From contig NC_042999.1 of assembly GCF_006345805.1 (NCBI RefSeq), positions 133,424,001 to 133,488,000 on the forward strand: 64,000 bases of DNA, written 5' to 3'. This stretch comes from Octopus sinensis (taxonomy: Eukaryota). Within the stretch, counting starts at the first letter, position 1. The number at the start of each line of letters is the position of its first letter. A program made the translations under genes and the position numbers. The notes under the pieces are model-generated. The model worked only from the letters and a program-made list of their open reading frames with translations, ran no database searches and was not told the origin of the DNA. Shown piece by piece: positions 12,470 to 27,156 of the stretch.

Positions 12470-12619
12470 ACATACATACACACATACAAACTCATGTATA
12501 TGGGTATATATACACATATACGTATGTCCATAATTATGTGTGTGTGCTTCTGTGAGAATATATATGCATATATATATATATATGTGTATGTGTGTGTGTG
12601 TGTGTGCTGCATGTGTGTG

Positions 12620-13076
<457 letters not shown>

Positions 13077-13397
13077 ACATATTTATAGATAGATGAACAG
13101 CTACATCATGCATAATACATACATACACACATACATATATATATGTATATATGTATATTTTATATCATATATGTGTACTGTATATGTGCGAATATGTCTG
13201 TGTGTGTGTGTGTGTGTGTGTTACTGTGTGAACGTATATCTATATACCTTTCTCCATATTGGTATGAGTGTAATGTGTATGCGATTTACTTCTTGTGCGC
13301 ATGTGAGTGCGCGTGCCTCTGTCCTGCAAGCACACGTGTGTATGTGTGTGTCTGCATGGGTATCCCGTGTGTGTGGTGTGTGTGTGTGTGTGTGTGT

Positions 13398-13434
<37 letters not shown>

Positions 13435-14087
13435 ATATAGTAAACCAAATGAAAGAGCTGAAAGAAACTGAGGAAAATGGGCAGGCAATCGCAAGTAATT
13501 TTTCTTTTCTCTTCGTAAATTTTGCTTCACTTGACAGTGAGTGAATACTTTGAAATATCTCTCGTCTCCGAGACTATGTTTATACTGACAGGCTCTTTCT
13601 GTCTGTCTGTCTGTCTGTCTCTCTGTCTGCCAGTATGTATGTATGTATGTATGGGTATTTGTGTATGTATGAATGTATGTAAGTGTATTTGTGTGTGTGT
13701 GTGCGTGTATTGGGTGAGAGGTGTGACAGATATATGTATATACATACACATGCACATACACACTCAGTCATAAACCTTACTGAATACCCCGTATGCACAT
13801 AGAGTTGCGGACAATGTCCACACACACACACACACACACGCACACGTATATACATACATACAAAAATACACACACATATATGTGTGTGTGTATGTGTATT
13901 TATATATGTACAAGTACATACACTTGTACATTATATACATATATGTGTGTGTGTATGTATGTATGTATATATATATATATTTATTTATATACATATATAT
14001 ATATATGGCCGTTATTTATATATATATATTGTATATGTATATATATATATATATTATATGGCCGTTATTTATATATATATATGGCCG

Positions 14088-14122
<35 letters not shown>

Positions 14123-15717
14123 CGTTTGTCGAGTTGGCGGTGAAATGTGTTTATGGTAGTGCGTATTTGAGTTAGGAATGCATTGATGTGAATATCTGTG
14201 GAAGACGTTATGTCAACTGCTGAAGTTATCAGCGAGAGAATACATAATTCACAGTTGCAATTCTTTACTCGTGAAAGTTTACACTACGTTTATTCTATAT
14301 TTCATCAACGTTCTCATGGTTAGACACAGTATATCCATTGATAGTGCTGCTGCACCGCACAGCGAAAGGGAGCCAAATAGAAAGACTACGAAGGAAGAAA
14401 AAGCAGGAAGGTAAGAAGGTAAGAGAGGTAGGAAGAAATAGTGAAGGAAAAGAAGAACATAAGGGAGGGAAGTAACAACATGGAAATAATAATGGATGTT
14501 GGTTGGCAGAGAAGATCGTAATTGTGCACATGAAGAAGGGTTTACACAGATCATGTGGTCATCAACCAAACATAAGCTCACAATTGTTTTCTACCTCACA
14601 GCTCAGTTCAGTTGATTAAATCTTTTGCAATGAAGCAAAAGATTAAATCGCATGCGTGGTATCCATAGAAACGAAATGATGATGATAATGTATATATATG
14701 GATTGGAAGATTGATCAAGTTTGCAAGTTAACCAATCTATTATTCAAATCCGACCAAATTTAAATCCAGTGTTGTTTGTTATAATAGTCTTAATTCAACT
14801 GGATTAATTAGTTAAAAGTATAACTACATTTAGTGATTTCCTATGTTTGGAAGGTCTTCCACAGTGATCAATCATCCTTTTTTGCTCCTTGGTTCTTGTT
14901 AATGGCAATTAACTGAGCGAACTAACGACAGGAATTGCATCTTCGCAAAGCATTGCAGGCAATCTTCCAACCGAAGCAAGGAAATAGTTTCAAGTGAATT
15001 TTTCCCCTCAGTTTCTCATACTTTCCTATCGGTCACTACTTCTGGTACAAGAGTTATATTCCTTTTCCTTCTTTTTTTTCCTTTTCCTTTTTTTTTTCTG
15101 CCTCGGTGATTTGAGAGCAAATTTGAATTCAGGAGATGCAGAACCAGAACAAACACAGTAAGGCATCTTCTTTGACGTTCTCACAATTCTGTCATTCGCA
15201 ACCCCAAACTGGTATTTTATTCATCGTCCTCAAAAAGACGAAACTAAATCTAACATCGATAATATCTAAACTCAGTGTGTAGAGTTCGGAGCAAGCTCTG
15301 TTGAGCATTCTTTCCAGTGATATAACAAATCTACCAATTCGCAATCGATACAAAGAATGCAATAAGTGAGGTTTTCCTTGAATGTATTTTAAGGAACTTG
15401 ACACATATAGTTACCACCAATATACTCTAGAAGAACTCTGCTGCAGATTTATATCCACGTATCGATAAGTACTCCTGCATGAGATAAGCCTACAATGGAA
15501 CTTAAGTACTCGACGTACAGGAAATAACAGCGTAATTTCCTTCATTTCATCGACCAACTGGATAGTGTATTCATAAATTTATAGAAGATGATCATGGGTG
15601 GAAGGTTTGCTGGATCAGAGCTGATTTACGGTTCTACACCAACAGCAACGGTAAACAACAAGAACAACATCAGTAACAACAACACAACCATCAACAACAG
15701 CAGCACCACCAGCCACA

Positions 15718-16075
15718 GGAGGCGCAATGGCCCAGTGGTTAGGGCAGCGGACTCGCGGTCGGAGGATCGCGGTTTCGATTCCCAAACCGGGCGTTGTGTG
15801 TGTTTATTGAGTGAAAACACCTAAAGCTCCACGAAGCTCCGGCAGGGGGAGGTGTCAACCCCTGTTGTACTATACGCCCCAACTTCCTCTCACTCTTTCT
15901 TCCTGTTTCTTGTCCCCGACTTCCCACGCAACCGCTGAGCCTGGATGCTCATTCATCCATCCGTCGATGCTCTCGGTGTCGGGGGTTGACCTGCTTTCTC
16001 TTCTGCGGGTCTTACGAATAGCAAAGGACCACGTTTCGGACTTCTCCCACTGGGACGAAGACCGCTTCGCTCAAC
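15718..16075 (+). mobile_element. tRNA-derived SINE family S3
   Basis: A-box-like TGGCCCAGTGG and B-box-like GGTTTCGATTCC, non-tRNA body, (CAA/CAG)n tail; second copy at 7605-7712. Confidence 0.75.
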
Positions 16076-16624
16076 AGCAACAGCAACCAGCAACCAGCAA
16101 CCAGCAACAACAACAATAGCAACAGTAGCGGCGGCGGCAGAAACGACCTATCTAGATATGTAGCGAAACCGTGCTGAAATACTGCTCAAATATTGTAAAA
16201 TTTAGTTGGCATTCTTTATAAAATACCGAAACATTTTTAGCGATATTATAACGCGACAGGGAAAAAGAGAGAGACGAGATAGAACTGGAGTTGAAAATCT
16301 CCAAAGCTAACAACAACTTTCCACCAACCTCACGTCAATATATGACACCTAGTTGTCAAAATATCCAGTAGCGTGTCATTCCGATTCTTTTATTGCTGCC
16401 ACAAAAACATAAATCTAGCAAAAATAAAATAAAAGAAAAGAAAATAACAAGCATTGGTGCTAAGAGATTTCCTCAACAATATATAATATAGTACTCACAA
16501 TGTTCCAGCTTTCTGAACCAGTCTTAAAAACATGTGGCTTAGAATAAAATTGCCCACCTTACGATGTTGTGCAAGAAAGTGTCGGCTCTTGAGTCACATT
16601 TATAGCCTACACTGCTTTTGTGAC

Positions 16625-16850
16625 TGGAGGTGCGTGGCTTTGTGGTTAAGGATGTTGGATTCGTGATCGTAAGATTGTGGTTACGATTCTTGTAGCGGGC
16701 GTTGAGTTGTGCTGTTAAGCAAAATACTTCATTTCACATTACTCCAGTCCACTCAGCTGGCAAAAATGAGTAATCCTGCAATGGACGGGCATCCCGTCCA
16801 GGTGGGGGAACGTATACGCCATGGAAATTGGGAAAACCGGCCCTGTGAGT
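16625..16850 (+). mobile_element. tRNA-type SINE family S4 (other copies near 48045-48260 and 52085-52250)
   Basis: Shared head GTGCGTGGCTT.GTGGTTAAGG...GTGGTT.CGATTC and body TTGCTCCAGTCCACTCAGCTGG.AAAAATGAG. Confidence 0.65.
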
Positions 16851-16894
16851 CAATATGACTATAGAACGATCTTTATTGAAGTTATATTTATCGC

Positions 16895-17123
16895 ATAACT
16901 TACATGTTTCAGTCATTTGTTTGCGCCCATCCTGGAGCACCGCCATTAGTCGAGCAAATAGTTTAATACTTATTCTATCGGTCTCCTTTGCCGAACCACT
17001 AATTTACGGGGACACAAACATAGCAATATCGGTTGTCAAGCGATGGTGTGAGGGACAGCAACAGATATATAAACACAAACACGCACACACACACACAACA
17101 CACACACACACACACACACCATA

Positions 17124-17154
<31 letters not shown>

Positions 17155-17330
17155 AATATATAATATACAATGGGCTTCTTTCATTTCTGTCTACCAAATC
17201 CACTCACAAAGCTTTGGTCGGCCATAGACTATAGTAGAAGACATTTGTCCAAGGTGCCACGCAGTGGGACTGAACCTGGAACCATGTGATTGATAAGCAA
17301 GCTACTTACCACACACCCACTCCTGCGCCC
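16895..17330 (-). mobile_element. SINE family S2, full length
   Basis: Reverse complement of the S2 copy at 61466-61862. Confidence 0.85.
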
Positions 17331-17399
17331 ATTCTTACCATACAGTTACTCCTGCGACTATATATGTGTGTTTGCGTGTGTGTGGGTGGTTGTGTGGAA

Positions 17400-17700
17400 A
17401 AAACTGGCATTCTGTCGTTTAAGATTACAAAGGTTCCGGTTGATGCGAACAATGGAACAGCCTGCGCGTGTAATTAACGTGCAAATGGCTGAGCACTCCA
17501 CTGACACGTGTACGCTTAACGTGGTTCTCAGGGAGATTCAGCGTGACACAGAATGTAACAAGGCTTCCCTTTTGACTTACAGATACAACTTATTTCTACC
17601 AACTGAGTTGAGTGAGGCATCGTGAAATAAAGTGGCTTGCTCAAGGAAACAACCTCGCAAGGGAATCGAACTCATGACCGTAGAATTATAAGCCGAACAC
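17400..17700 (+). mobile_element. Repeat family S5 (other copies 52255-52345 -, 53045-53215 +, 59760-59895 -)
   Basis: Shared AACGGAACAGCCTGCTCGTGAAATTAACGTGCAAGTGGCTGAGCACTCC...GATTCAGCGTGACACAGA. Confidence 0.75.
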
Positions 17701-17961
17701 CCCAAACACTAACCTAGGTCACAATAAAATAACAAAGAGAAGAATTGTAATTATTTTAGTCTCTACTACTTACGAAAATTTGCTAAAATATTGTAATGGT
17801 GTATCCAGAATGTTGGAAATCTATATGGTCTTATGCGACCGAGGAGAGCGTTTTTTGGGTTTTTTTTTCAAATTCATTTAATGATTTCAATGATCAATTA
17901 AATGTTATTGCTTGAAACAGTTGTACTGCACTGATAGCTGGACATTCTTGTTACTTATATT

Positions 17962-18001
<40 letters not shown>

Positions 18002-18616
18002 CTTACTTGGGAATGGATGCGTAGCGTTCAATTAAATACATAAATAAATAATATATATATATACGGGTATGTATATATAGTTATATATATATATGGGCGG
18101 AGGAACTCTTGAGTGTCAACGGCCATCCAATAAATGTCTTAAGGATGTATCATGCGCAGGGACATAGAAATAATCGGACTGAATACCCGATCACGTGGTT
18201 AAACCATTGGGAGTGAAGGACTCTTAGCCTTTGTTAGGCCATCCTTCTAGGAGAAGGTAACTCAGGTAACTGGGATAACTCCGACATAAAACCTGCGGCT
18301 CAGTGGTTACCGATGATGTTGACTTGCTCTTCTTTTCGGATTATGGCTTCTGTTGCTTAGTAAGTGGGATTGACTCAGTGCACAGCCTTTCCTCACTTTA
18401 AAAAAAAAATCTTCTTGCACAGGTATTGCACGATAACAATATTGATTAAGCTTCGTGCAATGGTCATACTCGATAACGAGGTGGCAGCCATCATATATGT
18501 GGGTACATGACTCCACGAATAACATACACATGAGAAATAGTTACCAAGACGTGGACTGTAATTACGGGACAAAAATGAGTGAAATACGTAACCAATGAGA
18601 ATGTATATATATATAA

Positions 18617-18911
18617 TCCTTGTGTGATAAGAAGCTTGCTTCCGAACCACATGATACCTGGTTCAGTCCCACTGCGTGCTACCTGGGGTAAGTGTCTTCT
18701 ACTCTCGTCTCAGACCGACAAAGGCCTTGTGAGTGAAATTGGCAGACGGAAACTGAAAGAACCACGTCGTACATACATGTGTGTGTGTGAGAGAGAGATA
18801 GATAGAGAGAGAGAGAGAGAGAAGTGTGTGTTGTTTTGGTGTGTGTGTAGATATATATACATATATATAATATATATATATAAATAATATATATATTATA
18901 TATATATATAT

Positions 18912-18974
<63 letters not shown>

Positions 18975-19200
18975 TAGATATGTACTTTTGTCTTTGTGTA
19001 TGTGTTTGTCCCCCACCATCGCTTGACAATCGATGTTGGTGTGTTTCTGTCCCCGTAACTTAGCGGTTCGGCGAATTAGACCAATAGAATAAGTACTATG
19101 CTCACAAAGAGTAAGTCCTGAGGTCGATTTCTTCGCCTAAAATGGCCCTTATGGTGGTTCTCCAGCATGGCCGCAGACAAATGACTGAAACAAGTGAAAG
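18617..19200 (+). mobile_element. SINE family S2 with expanded internal microsatellite
   Basis: S2 head and tail separated by ~230 nt of (TG)/(AG)/(TA)/(TAGA)n. Confidence 0.85.
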
Positions 19201-19250
19201 AATATATATATGTGTGTGTGTATAAATATAAATATATGCGTGTATACTTG

Positions 19251-19286
<36 letters not shown>

Positions 19287-19295
19287 CACCACTAC

Positions 19296-19530
19296 CTATT
19301 TCTTTATTACCCACAAGGGGCTAAACATAGAGGGGACAAACAAGGACAGACATAGGTATTAAGTCGATTACATCGACCCCAGTGCGTAACTGGTACTTAA
19401 TTTATCGACCTCGAAAGGATGAAAGGCAAAGTCGACCTTGGCGGAATTGAAACTCAGAACGTAACAGCAGACGAAATACGGCTACGCATTTCGCCCGGCG
19501 TGCTAACGATTCTACCAGCTCGCCGCCTTA
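19296..19530 (-). mobile_element. SINE family S1, full length
   Basis: Reverse complement of 41766-42000; flanked by (CTA)n. Confidence 0.9.
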
Positions 19531-20218
19531 CTACTACTACTACCACTACTACCACTACTACTACTACTACTACTATTACTACTCACTCGCACACATACTG
19601 GAAAAGATATATGTACTAACCTCGAGCAAAAACAGAAAAAAAACATAAACCGCACTGAATATACACCTACAATATGCACCCACGCACACACACACATACA
19701 CACATATACACACAACTATTCTGACTCCGTGTACCAAGCAGCTATATTTATAAATATATTTTTTTTTCATTTTTACACGAATGACATTATGCACTTTCTC
19801 ATGCACTCAAGATATTTTCAAACATGTTATTAACCGTATGTAAACACGCAAGCATGCCACCCGCTTACTGTCAGAGCTGTATTTAATGCTTCATTAACAC
19901 TACCCCAGTACAGATTAATTACCCGTGAGAAGGCTCGAGTGATGACGGCATAGCCAAGTTTGCTCTTAGACTGCAAATAAATATAGAATTTTTCACAATG
20001 ACCCCGATACTCTTTAGCAGAGACAGTTTAGAGAAAGAGGGTACGAAGGAAATAATATTAAGTCAAGATGGTGTACTTGTGCATGTATGTCTGTATGTTT
20101 GTATGTATCTCTATATGTACATATCCTTTATATATATATGCATATATATATATATATATATGATATATATATATATATATATATAATATATATTATATAT
20201 ATATATATATACATTATA

Positions 20219-20291
<73 letters not shown>

Positions 20292-20324
20292 TATCATATT
20301 ATACACATATATACACATATATTT

Positions 20325-20505
20325 CAAGGAATCTAATGCTCTTAGCTTAGTTTTTTCTTGGAGCTGGCCCGATTGGAGCAATCTGAAGATTAATCAGCCG
20401 AAATTGCGAGGATGATCCGGTTCTTGACTGAAGATTAAAGGCTTCGAATGACCCGCCCGTGTTTTTTGTATCATCTATCTGGATGCTTTGCGTTCTTGTC
20501 CCATT
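20325..20505 (+). mobile_element. (TA)n-associated repeat family C (other copies 43050-43285 - and 43825-43928 -)
   Basis: Shared CAAGGAATCTAATGCTCTTAGCTTAG...GAGCAATCT...CAGCCGAAATTGC...GTAT..TCTAT.TGGATG. Confidence 0.75.
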
Positions 20506-21350
20506 ATATATATATATAAAGGATATGAGGTGTTTTCGTCAGATTGATTCACACTAATAGGTATGCATTCTGAGTGCTCAGAAAAGTGTGCCACCAAATT
20601 TCCAGTTTGAACAACAGTTGATGTTGTGATTATGCGATTGCCTTCTTGAAAACGGCTAAACGTGATTTCCCTTAGAGTCGGTAGGTGTAAGTTGAATTAG
20701 TGAGGAAAGGCAAACAACTAGGCAAGACATGATAAGGATATTTAATTTAATTTAATTCAAATTAATTTAGCTACATAACAAATGTTAAAAATGCTCCTGT
20801 GAATGGTATTCGAAATGCATATATGTAAAATCAAGTGTATTTTATTGTGACTAAAACCTTTGCGATACATGTAAAACATATTCGAAGATATAGCAAACGT
20901 ACATAATTTAATTGTAGAAACTCTACAGTTCACTCGTATACTAGAATGATTAAAGCATAAGGATTTACATGAAAGCGACGAACTGTATACTTTCTACTAC
21001 CTCAAAACCTGACGAGGAAATTAGATAATTAATCCTTAGTTGTACTATTTCTAGAGACAATAGTATATCTATGAATAATTGTGAAACCAACTAACTTATT
21101 TGCGTTTGAACTATAGCGTATGTGGCGGAGTATTCCGCAGATGCCTTTTCTCTTAACGTAATCATCATGCTAAATCACTGGAACATAATGTGTAATAAGA
21201 GCTATCGTTCAAATTAGACGTAGAATCCTTCCGATGCGCTTCTATATTTTCGGTCTGCACAATTTCTCCCACAAAACTAGACTCGACCTGAGTGTACGGT
21301 ATGTATGTATGTATAATGTATGTATGTATGTATGTATGTATGTATGTATG

Positions 21351-21402
<52 letters not shown>

Positions 21403-21403
21403 C

Positions 21404-21453
<50 letters not shown>

Positions 21454-21462
21454 ATATCTATC

Positions 21463-21553
<91 letters not shown>

Positions 21554-21800
21554 CAGCTGACCCGCTCCTGTTTTCTATTAACAAAAGTTGGGGTTTTAAC
21601 TTCTATTTCTAACAGTTATGGAATATGAACGCCCTTATGCTTAATGTTAATTTTTAACTTTATAGCTATTTCATGTTATTTAATACCTGTTGACCAATTT
21701 TATCATTGTTGCTGATATTATCGATTACTTATATTTACTGTAGATAATATTAGCAATAATAATATCTGTATCAATATTCAAGTTCGAATATTCTACTCAT

Positions 21801-21833
<33 letters not shown>

Positions 21834-22159
21834 ACTTTATTTGTGGGTTAAAAAAGCAACCAATAGTTTCATGTGAAGAGAACTTCACAGTTGTTTGAGC
21901 GTGTCACATACAAGTGTTGATACTCGTCTCATTCTTTTGGATGAGTTCATATTCTGCATATTCTGCAGAGGTCGACTTTCATCCCTTAATGATCGATAAA
22001 ATAAGTACCAGTTGCTGGTACTTATTGCTGGCCTAGTGCCGACATTTGAAATCAATATTTAAGTGGGAATAAAGGTAGTAAATGATGGTGGGAAGCTGTA
22101 GGTTGTTCATGAGCATTTCATAAATATTCCTGATGTTAAAATGAACATTTAAACGTTTT

Positions 22160-22550
22160 GACAAAAGTACTCAGCTAGTATTTACTTTATCTACCCGTTC
22201 TCTGAACGAATGAAAGGGAAGGTTGACTATAGTGGAGTCTGACCTCAGAACGCAAAGAGCATTAGAGATGCCGCTGTTTTTGTGCGACGCACTAACGATT
22301 CTGCCAGCTAGCCGCTTTTACTTATGTTAAAACAATAGTTTCCTGTTATAGGTACAAAGCTTGAAATTTGTGGTAGGCCGGAGCTATGTGATTTCACCGA
22401 TACTAGTAGTTGACTAATATTTATTTTATCGAGCCCAGAAGAATGAAAAGCTAAGCTGACCACATCGGAATTTGAACTCAGAACCCAAAGAGTAGAAAGA
22501 AGCGCCGTTAGGAATTTTAGCGGATGTACTAGCAATTCTTCCATCTTGGC
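22160..22550 (-). mobile_element. Two degraded S1 SINE copies
   Basis: GAATGAAAG...TTGA(A/C)CTCAGAAC...CTAACGATTCTGCCAGC pattern at 22160-22320 and 22385-22550. Confidence 0.7.
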
Positions 22551-23856
22551 TCCTTGATGATTATAAAATCAAAACCTTAGATATTTTAATTATGTGGAAC
22601 TTAGCTGGGTCTTCCTTAGTTTAACGAAAATAATAGGTAAGTCTCACACTGGGTAAAATGCCAGACTGACAGATGACATTTACCAGAAAATTAGAGGCGT
22701 AAACGAGTTAATAAGGCAACACAATAGTGAAATGTAAAACATGATATATAGTCGGCTCGCCAGAAGCTTGGTTCTTTAGCCTACCTCTTTCAATAATCCA
22801 ATAATTTAACACTGAAAACGATTTATGAGGAGTTATGATGGAGGAGAAATTGAAAGCGCAGAAGTCACCGATATCTTAGAAAAAAAAGGAAGACAGAAAG
22901 CAAAAGAATAAGAAAAGAAAGAAATGTGAGAAGTTAAAAGACTGGATGAAACGAAAGGGGAAAGTTAGAGAAACTGAATACAAAATAATAAAAAAATTAA
23001 TAAAAAGTAAACAAAACAAAACTGTAGCGAAGATTCTTGTTTATTTGAGAGAACTTTTGCCCGTTGGGTTAGAAATAGTACGCACTAAAAGGCTTGTTGA
23101 CAGTATTATATTTGTCGCAATCAACGTTTAACAAGTCTGTCTAGTTTTATAGTCTGCTCTCTCTCGCCCTCTCTCTCTCATCTCTTTCTCTCTTTCTTTC
23201 TCTTTCCTTCGGTCTTTCATTCTCTCTATCTGTCTTCCCTTACCCCGCTCTGCCTGGATTCCAAGTTTACATACATACCATACTGAAATAAATATATAAA
23301 TTTGGAAGCCAAAAATTCTTGTTGCATAGCAAACTATATAAAGCGTGAAAGTAATATTATGCTTATGGACTATAAACATGTAATAAATTAGAGAAATTTA
23401 AAGGTTTTGTGTTTCGTTCAATGATAGCATCTTAAGGAGATGTTCTTCATTTCTCCATGCTATAAGCAAACATTCTCCAAGACATTCTGTCATTCTGCTT
23501 TAATAATTCGGCTCAGTGACCATGGGTTGATTTGCAAGAAAGATCTTGGAGAAGTACGTTTTTGCAGCTTTATCTACCAAACACTAAGACACGCCAATGC
23601 TCAGGTTTTCTAAGGTGCCAAACAAATGGCCTGTTTTATGGTTATTTACTGCGTCATAGACTTTCACCCTCCCTTCTTCTCTTCCATTCCCACCTTCTGT
23701 AGAATTCACTCCGTTCTATCTTTCTTTCTCTTTCTCCTTTGTTTAATGACTTTCACAGTATTATTACATTTCTTCACTATCGGATGTCTCCTTTCACCTT
23801 CTATGAACTTATGCTAAACATCATGGAATGTTTCTATTTTATCTTCTCATACACGC

Positions 23857-23900
<44 letters not shown>

Positions 23901-24021
23901 GTATACATACATGTATATATATATATGCATATGTATATATATATATGTATGTGTATATATAGATGTATATATATATATGCATACATACACATATGTGAGT
24001 GGGGTGTATGTATATATGCAT

Positions 24022-24178
24022 ACAGGCGTGGCTGTATGGTAAGAAGCTTCCTTCTCAATCACACTGTCCGGGTTCGTCCCACTGCGTGTCAGTTTGGACG
24101 GGTGTCTTCTGCTATAGCCTCGGGCCGACCATAGCCTTGTGAATGGGCTTGGTAGATGGAAACTGAAAGAAACTGGTC

Positions 24179-24232
<54 letters not shown>

Positions 24233-24425
24233 TTCTGTTTGCCCCCCCTCCCCACCGTCGCTTGACAACCAGTGTTGGTGTGTTTATGTACCTGTAGTTT
24301 AGCTGTTTGGCACAAAAGACCAGGTTTACAAAGAATAAATACATGGGTCGATTTCTTCGACTAAAAGGCGGTGTTCCAGCATGGCCTAAGTCAAATGACT
24401 GAAACAAGTAAAAGAATAAAAGAAT
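24022..24425 (+). mobile_element. SINE family S2, full length
   Basis: Colinear with 61466-61862. Confidence 0.85.
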
Positions 24426-24517
24426 ATATTTATAAATATGTAATGCACACGTATTTACGCATATATATGCTTGCATATACATACATATATACATATACAT
24501 ATATATATATATATATA

Positions 24518-24582
<65 letters not shown>

Positions 24583-24585
<3 letters not shown>

Positions 24586-24780
24586 GGAAAGTTTACGAAA
24601 ATAAACAAAAGACGGAGGCAGGTGGTGTACAAACAAACAGATGTATTAGTATAGCGCTCAGGAATAGAAAAAGTCTTTTACGTTTCGAGCCTATGCTCTT
24701 CTACAGAAAGGTACACAGAAAAAACAAGGAGAGAAAATAATGTGTGTAGTAGCTAACGATCTATCATGGCGTCTGACTTC

Positions 24781-24782
<2 letters not shown>
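24583..24782 (-). mobile_element. (TA)n-inserted ~200-bp element, family B, with a minimal hammerhead-like motif
   Basis: Minus strand 24710-24675 reads CTTT-CTGTAGA-A-GAGC-ATAG-GCTC-GAAA-CG-TA-AAAG; homologues at 44484-44683 and 46917-47110. Confidence 0.75.
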
Positions 24783-24825
<43 letters not shown>

Positions 24826-25961
24826 ATATATTATATATATATATACAGGCAGACAGACAGACACAAATAAATATGCGTACACTCGTACACACGTACACGC
24901 ACACATGTGCCCATTCATACAGATACTAACATGACACGAGTATACAGAAAGGAAACGCGAACACACTCTCTCTCTCTCTCTCTCTCTCTCACGCACAAAC
25001 AGAAAAAAGAATTACGCATGCGTTCACATACAGAGAGAGAGAGAGAGACATATATACACACGCGCGCGCAGACACACAAACACAGAAATACACGCATATA
25101 CACACATATTCTCATATTCATATAGGTTTATCAGTTCAGATCTACGTATTATAATAACGTATGTCCTACACCTCTATATTTTTCATCCTCAGGTACACAC
25201 TGCATTATTTCTACTTATTTATCTAAAATGCTCCAAAGCATTTAGCTTTTTGTAAAGTACATTTTTCATATAATACCTTCTTTATTACGAGATAGCTTCT
25301 TTTTTCTTTTTTATTCAGAGCTTGTCTATATATTGTTCTTAAGTAATATATCCAAATATTTAAAATTTTCCAAACAATCGAACACAAGTGCGTTTAACCA
25401 AATAATTTAAAGATGCCCCCCTAATTCAGATGGGGTTGGGAAATGTTACCATCTTCAATACTTCCTATACACACACACATATCTTTTATTTTGCTTACTT
25501 GTTTTAGTCGAATACACTAACCATTAAGCTAAACACATAAGTGAAATAGTCAAACTTCTTTCGTCTTTGTTCGCAACCTTTTTAGTGGTTTTCTGGCTTC
25601 TGTTTACCTCTGCAACATCCACTCTGGGAGGACTTGGAGAGGGAAGAGGAACAATAGAAAGGTGGCAACAATAAAGAAGTGGTGTTGAACCAGTGCTTGT
25701 GTGAGTAGTATTGGCGTAATGACCTATCTATCCCATCTATCTTTTATCTTTCACCTGATTCAGTTATTAGACTGCGGCCATGCTAGGGTGTTCCCTTGAC
25801 GAATTTTAGTCAAATCAATCGATCCCAGTACATATATATATAAATATATATATATATGTATATGTACATATGTTCATATATATGTGTATGTATATATATG
25901 TATACATATATATGTATATATATATATATTATATATATATATACGTATGTATGTATGCATG

Positions 25962-26363
<402 letters not shown>

Positions 26364-26369
26364 CTCCCG

Positions 26370-26431
<62 letters not shown>

Positions 26432-27109
26432 CCAGACAGAGAGAGCAAATTTCAAAGGTCACTGTTCAGATTCATTTAATACATTTCAGAGCGTCGGAAT
26501 ACTCCACAGTTTACATAGATATTCCAAATAGGTGAGAAATTTGGTATAAAATGATTTTTAAAGGCATCTCGAGAAGGTGCAAATCTGACGACTGTTTCTA
26601 GAAGTTATAGGTTGGTATGGGCGAATTGATTCCAACCATAACAATCATATATATTTCTCACATCAGAATTAATCTAAAGGGTTTATAAAAGAGTTATTTA
26701 AATCTTAAAGTTTTAAGCAACATGAGAAATTTAAGAATTTTTAAAAATTGAATGCTGTGTCGGAATATACTGTTCAGGCGGATAATATAATAAGACCTAA
26801 AATATACACATTTAAATGAATTATAAAGCTATAGAAACTATTGTTTGAACATGAATCCTAATACATAAAGGGTAACTAGGTTGAGATTATATGAAATAAT
26901 TATTTTTGGAAAAATATTTAATGTTGATAAATATTTATGTCTACAAAGAATAATGACATCCGAGATCTTGTTAACTAAAACATTTTTGTCAGCACGGAGT
27001 ATACAGATAACTTCTTTTGTGCATAATTTGCAGTTTCTGGTGTGTATATTGTATGGTGTGGTGTATGTATGTATGTATGTATGTATGTATGTATGTATGT
27101 ATGTATGTG

Positions 27110-27149
<40 letters not shown>

Positions 27150-27156
<7 letters not shown>

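Noticed and set aside
15090-15360. Degenerate AP-endonuclease remnant (LGDLRAN ... SNIDNI)
   Set aside because: Two weak motif resemblances interrupted by stops; needs an HMM search to support.
15718-15795. tRNA gene
   Set aside because: A and B boxes are present but there is no proper acceptor stem, and it runs into a repeated body, so it is a SINE head.
18090-18560. Possible RTE-LINE 5' UTR
   Set aside because: Single copy in the window and no downstream coding motif.
20985-21100. CTGACGA...GAAA as a hammerhead
   Set aside because: Could not form stem I or stem III.
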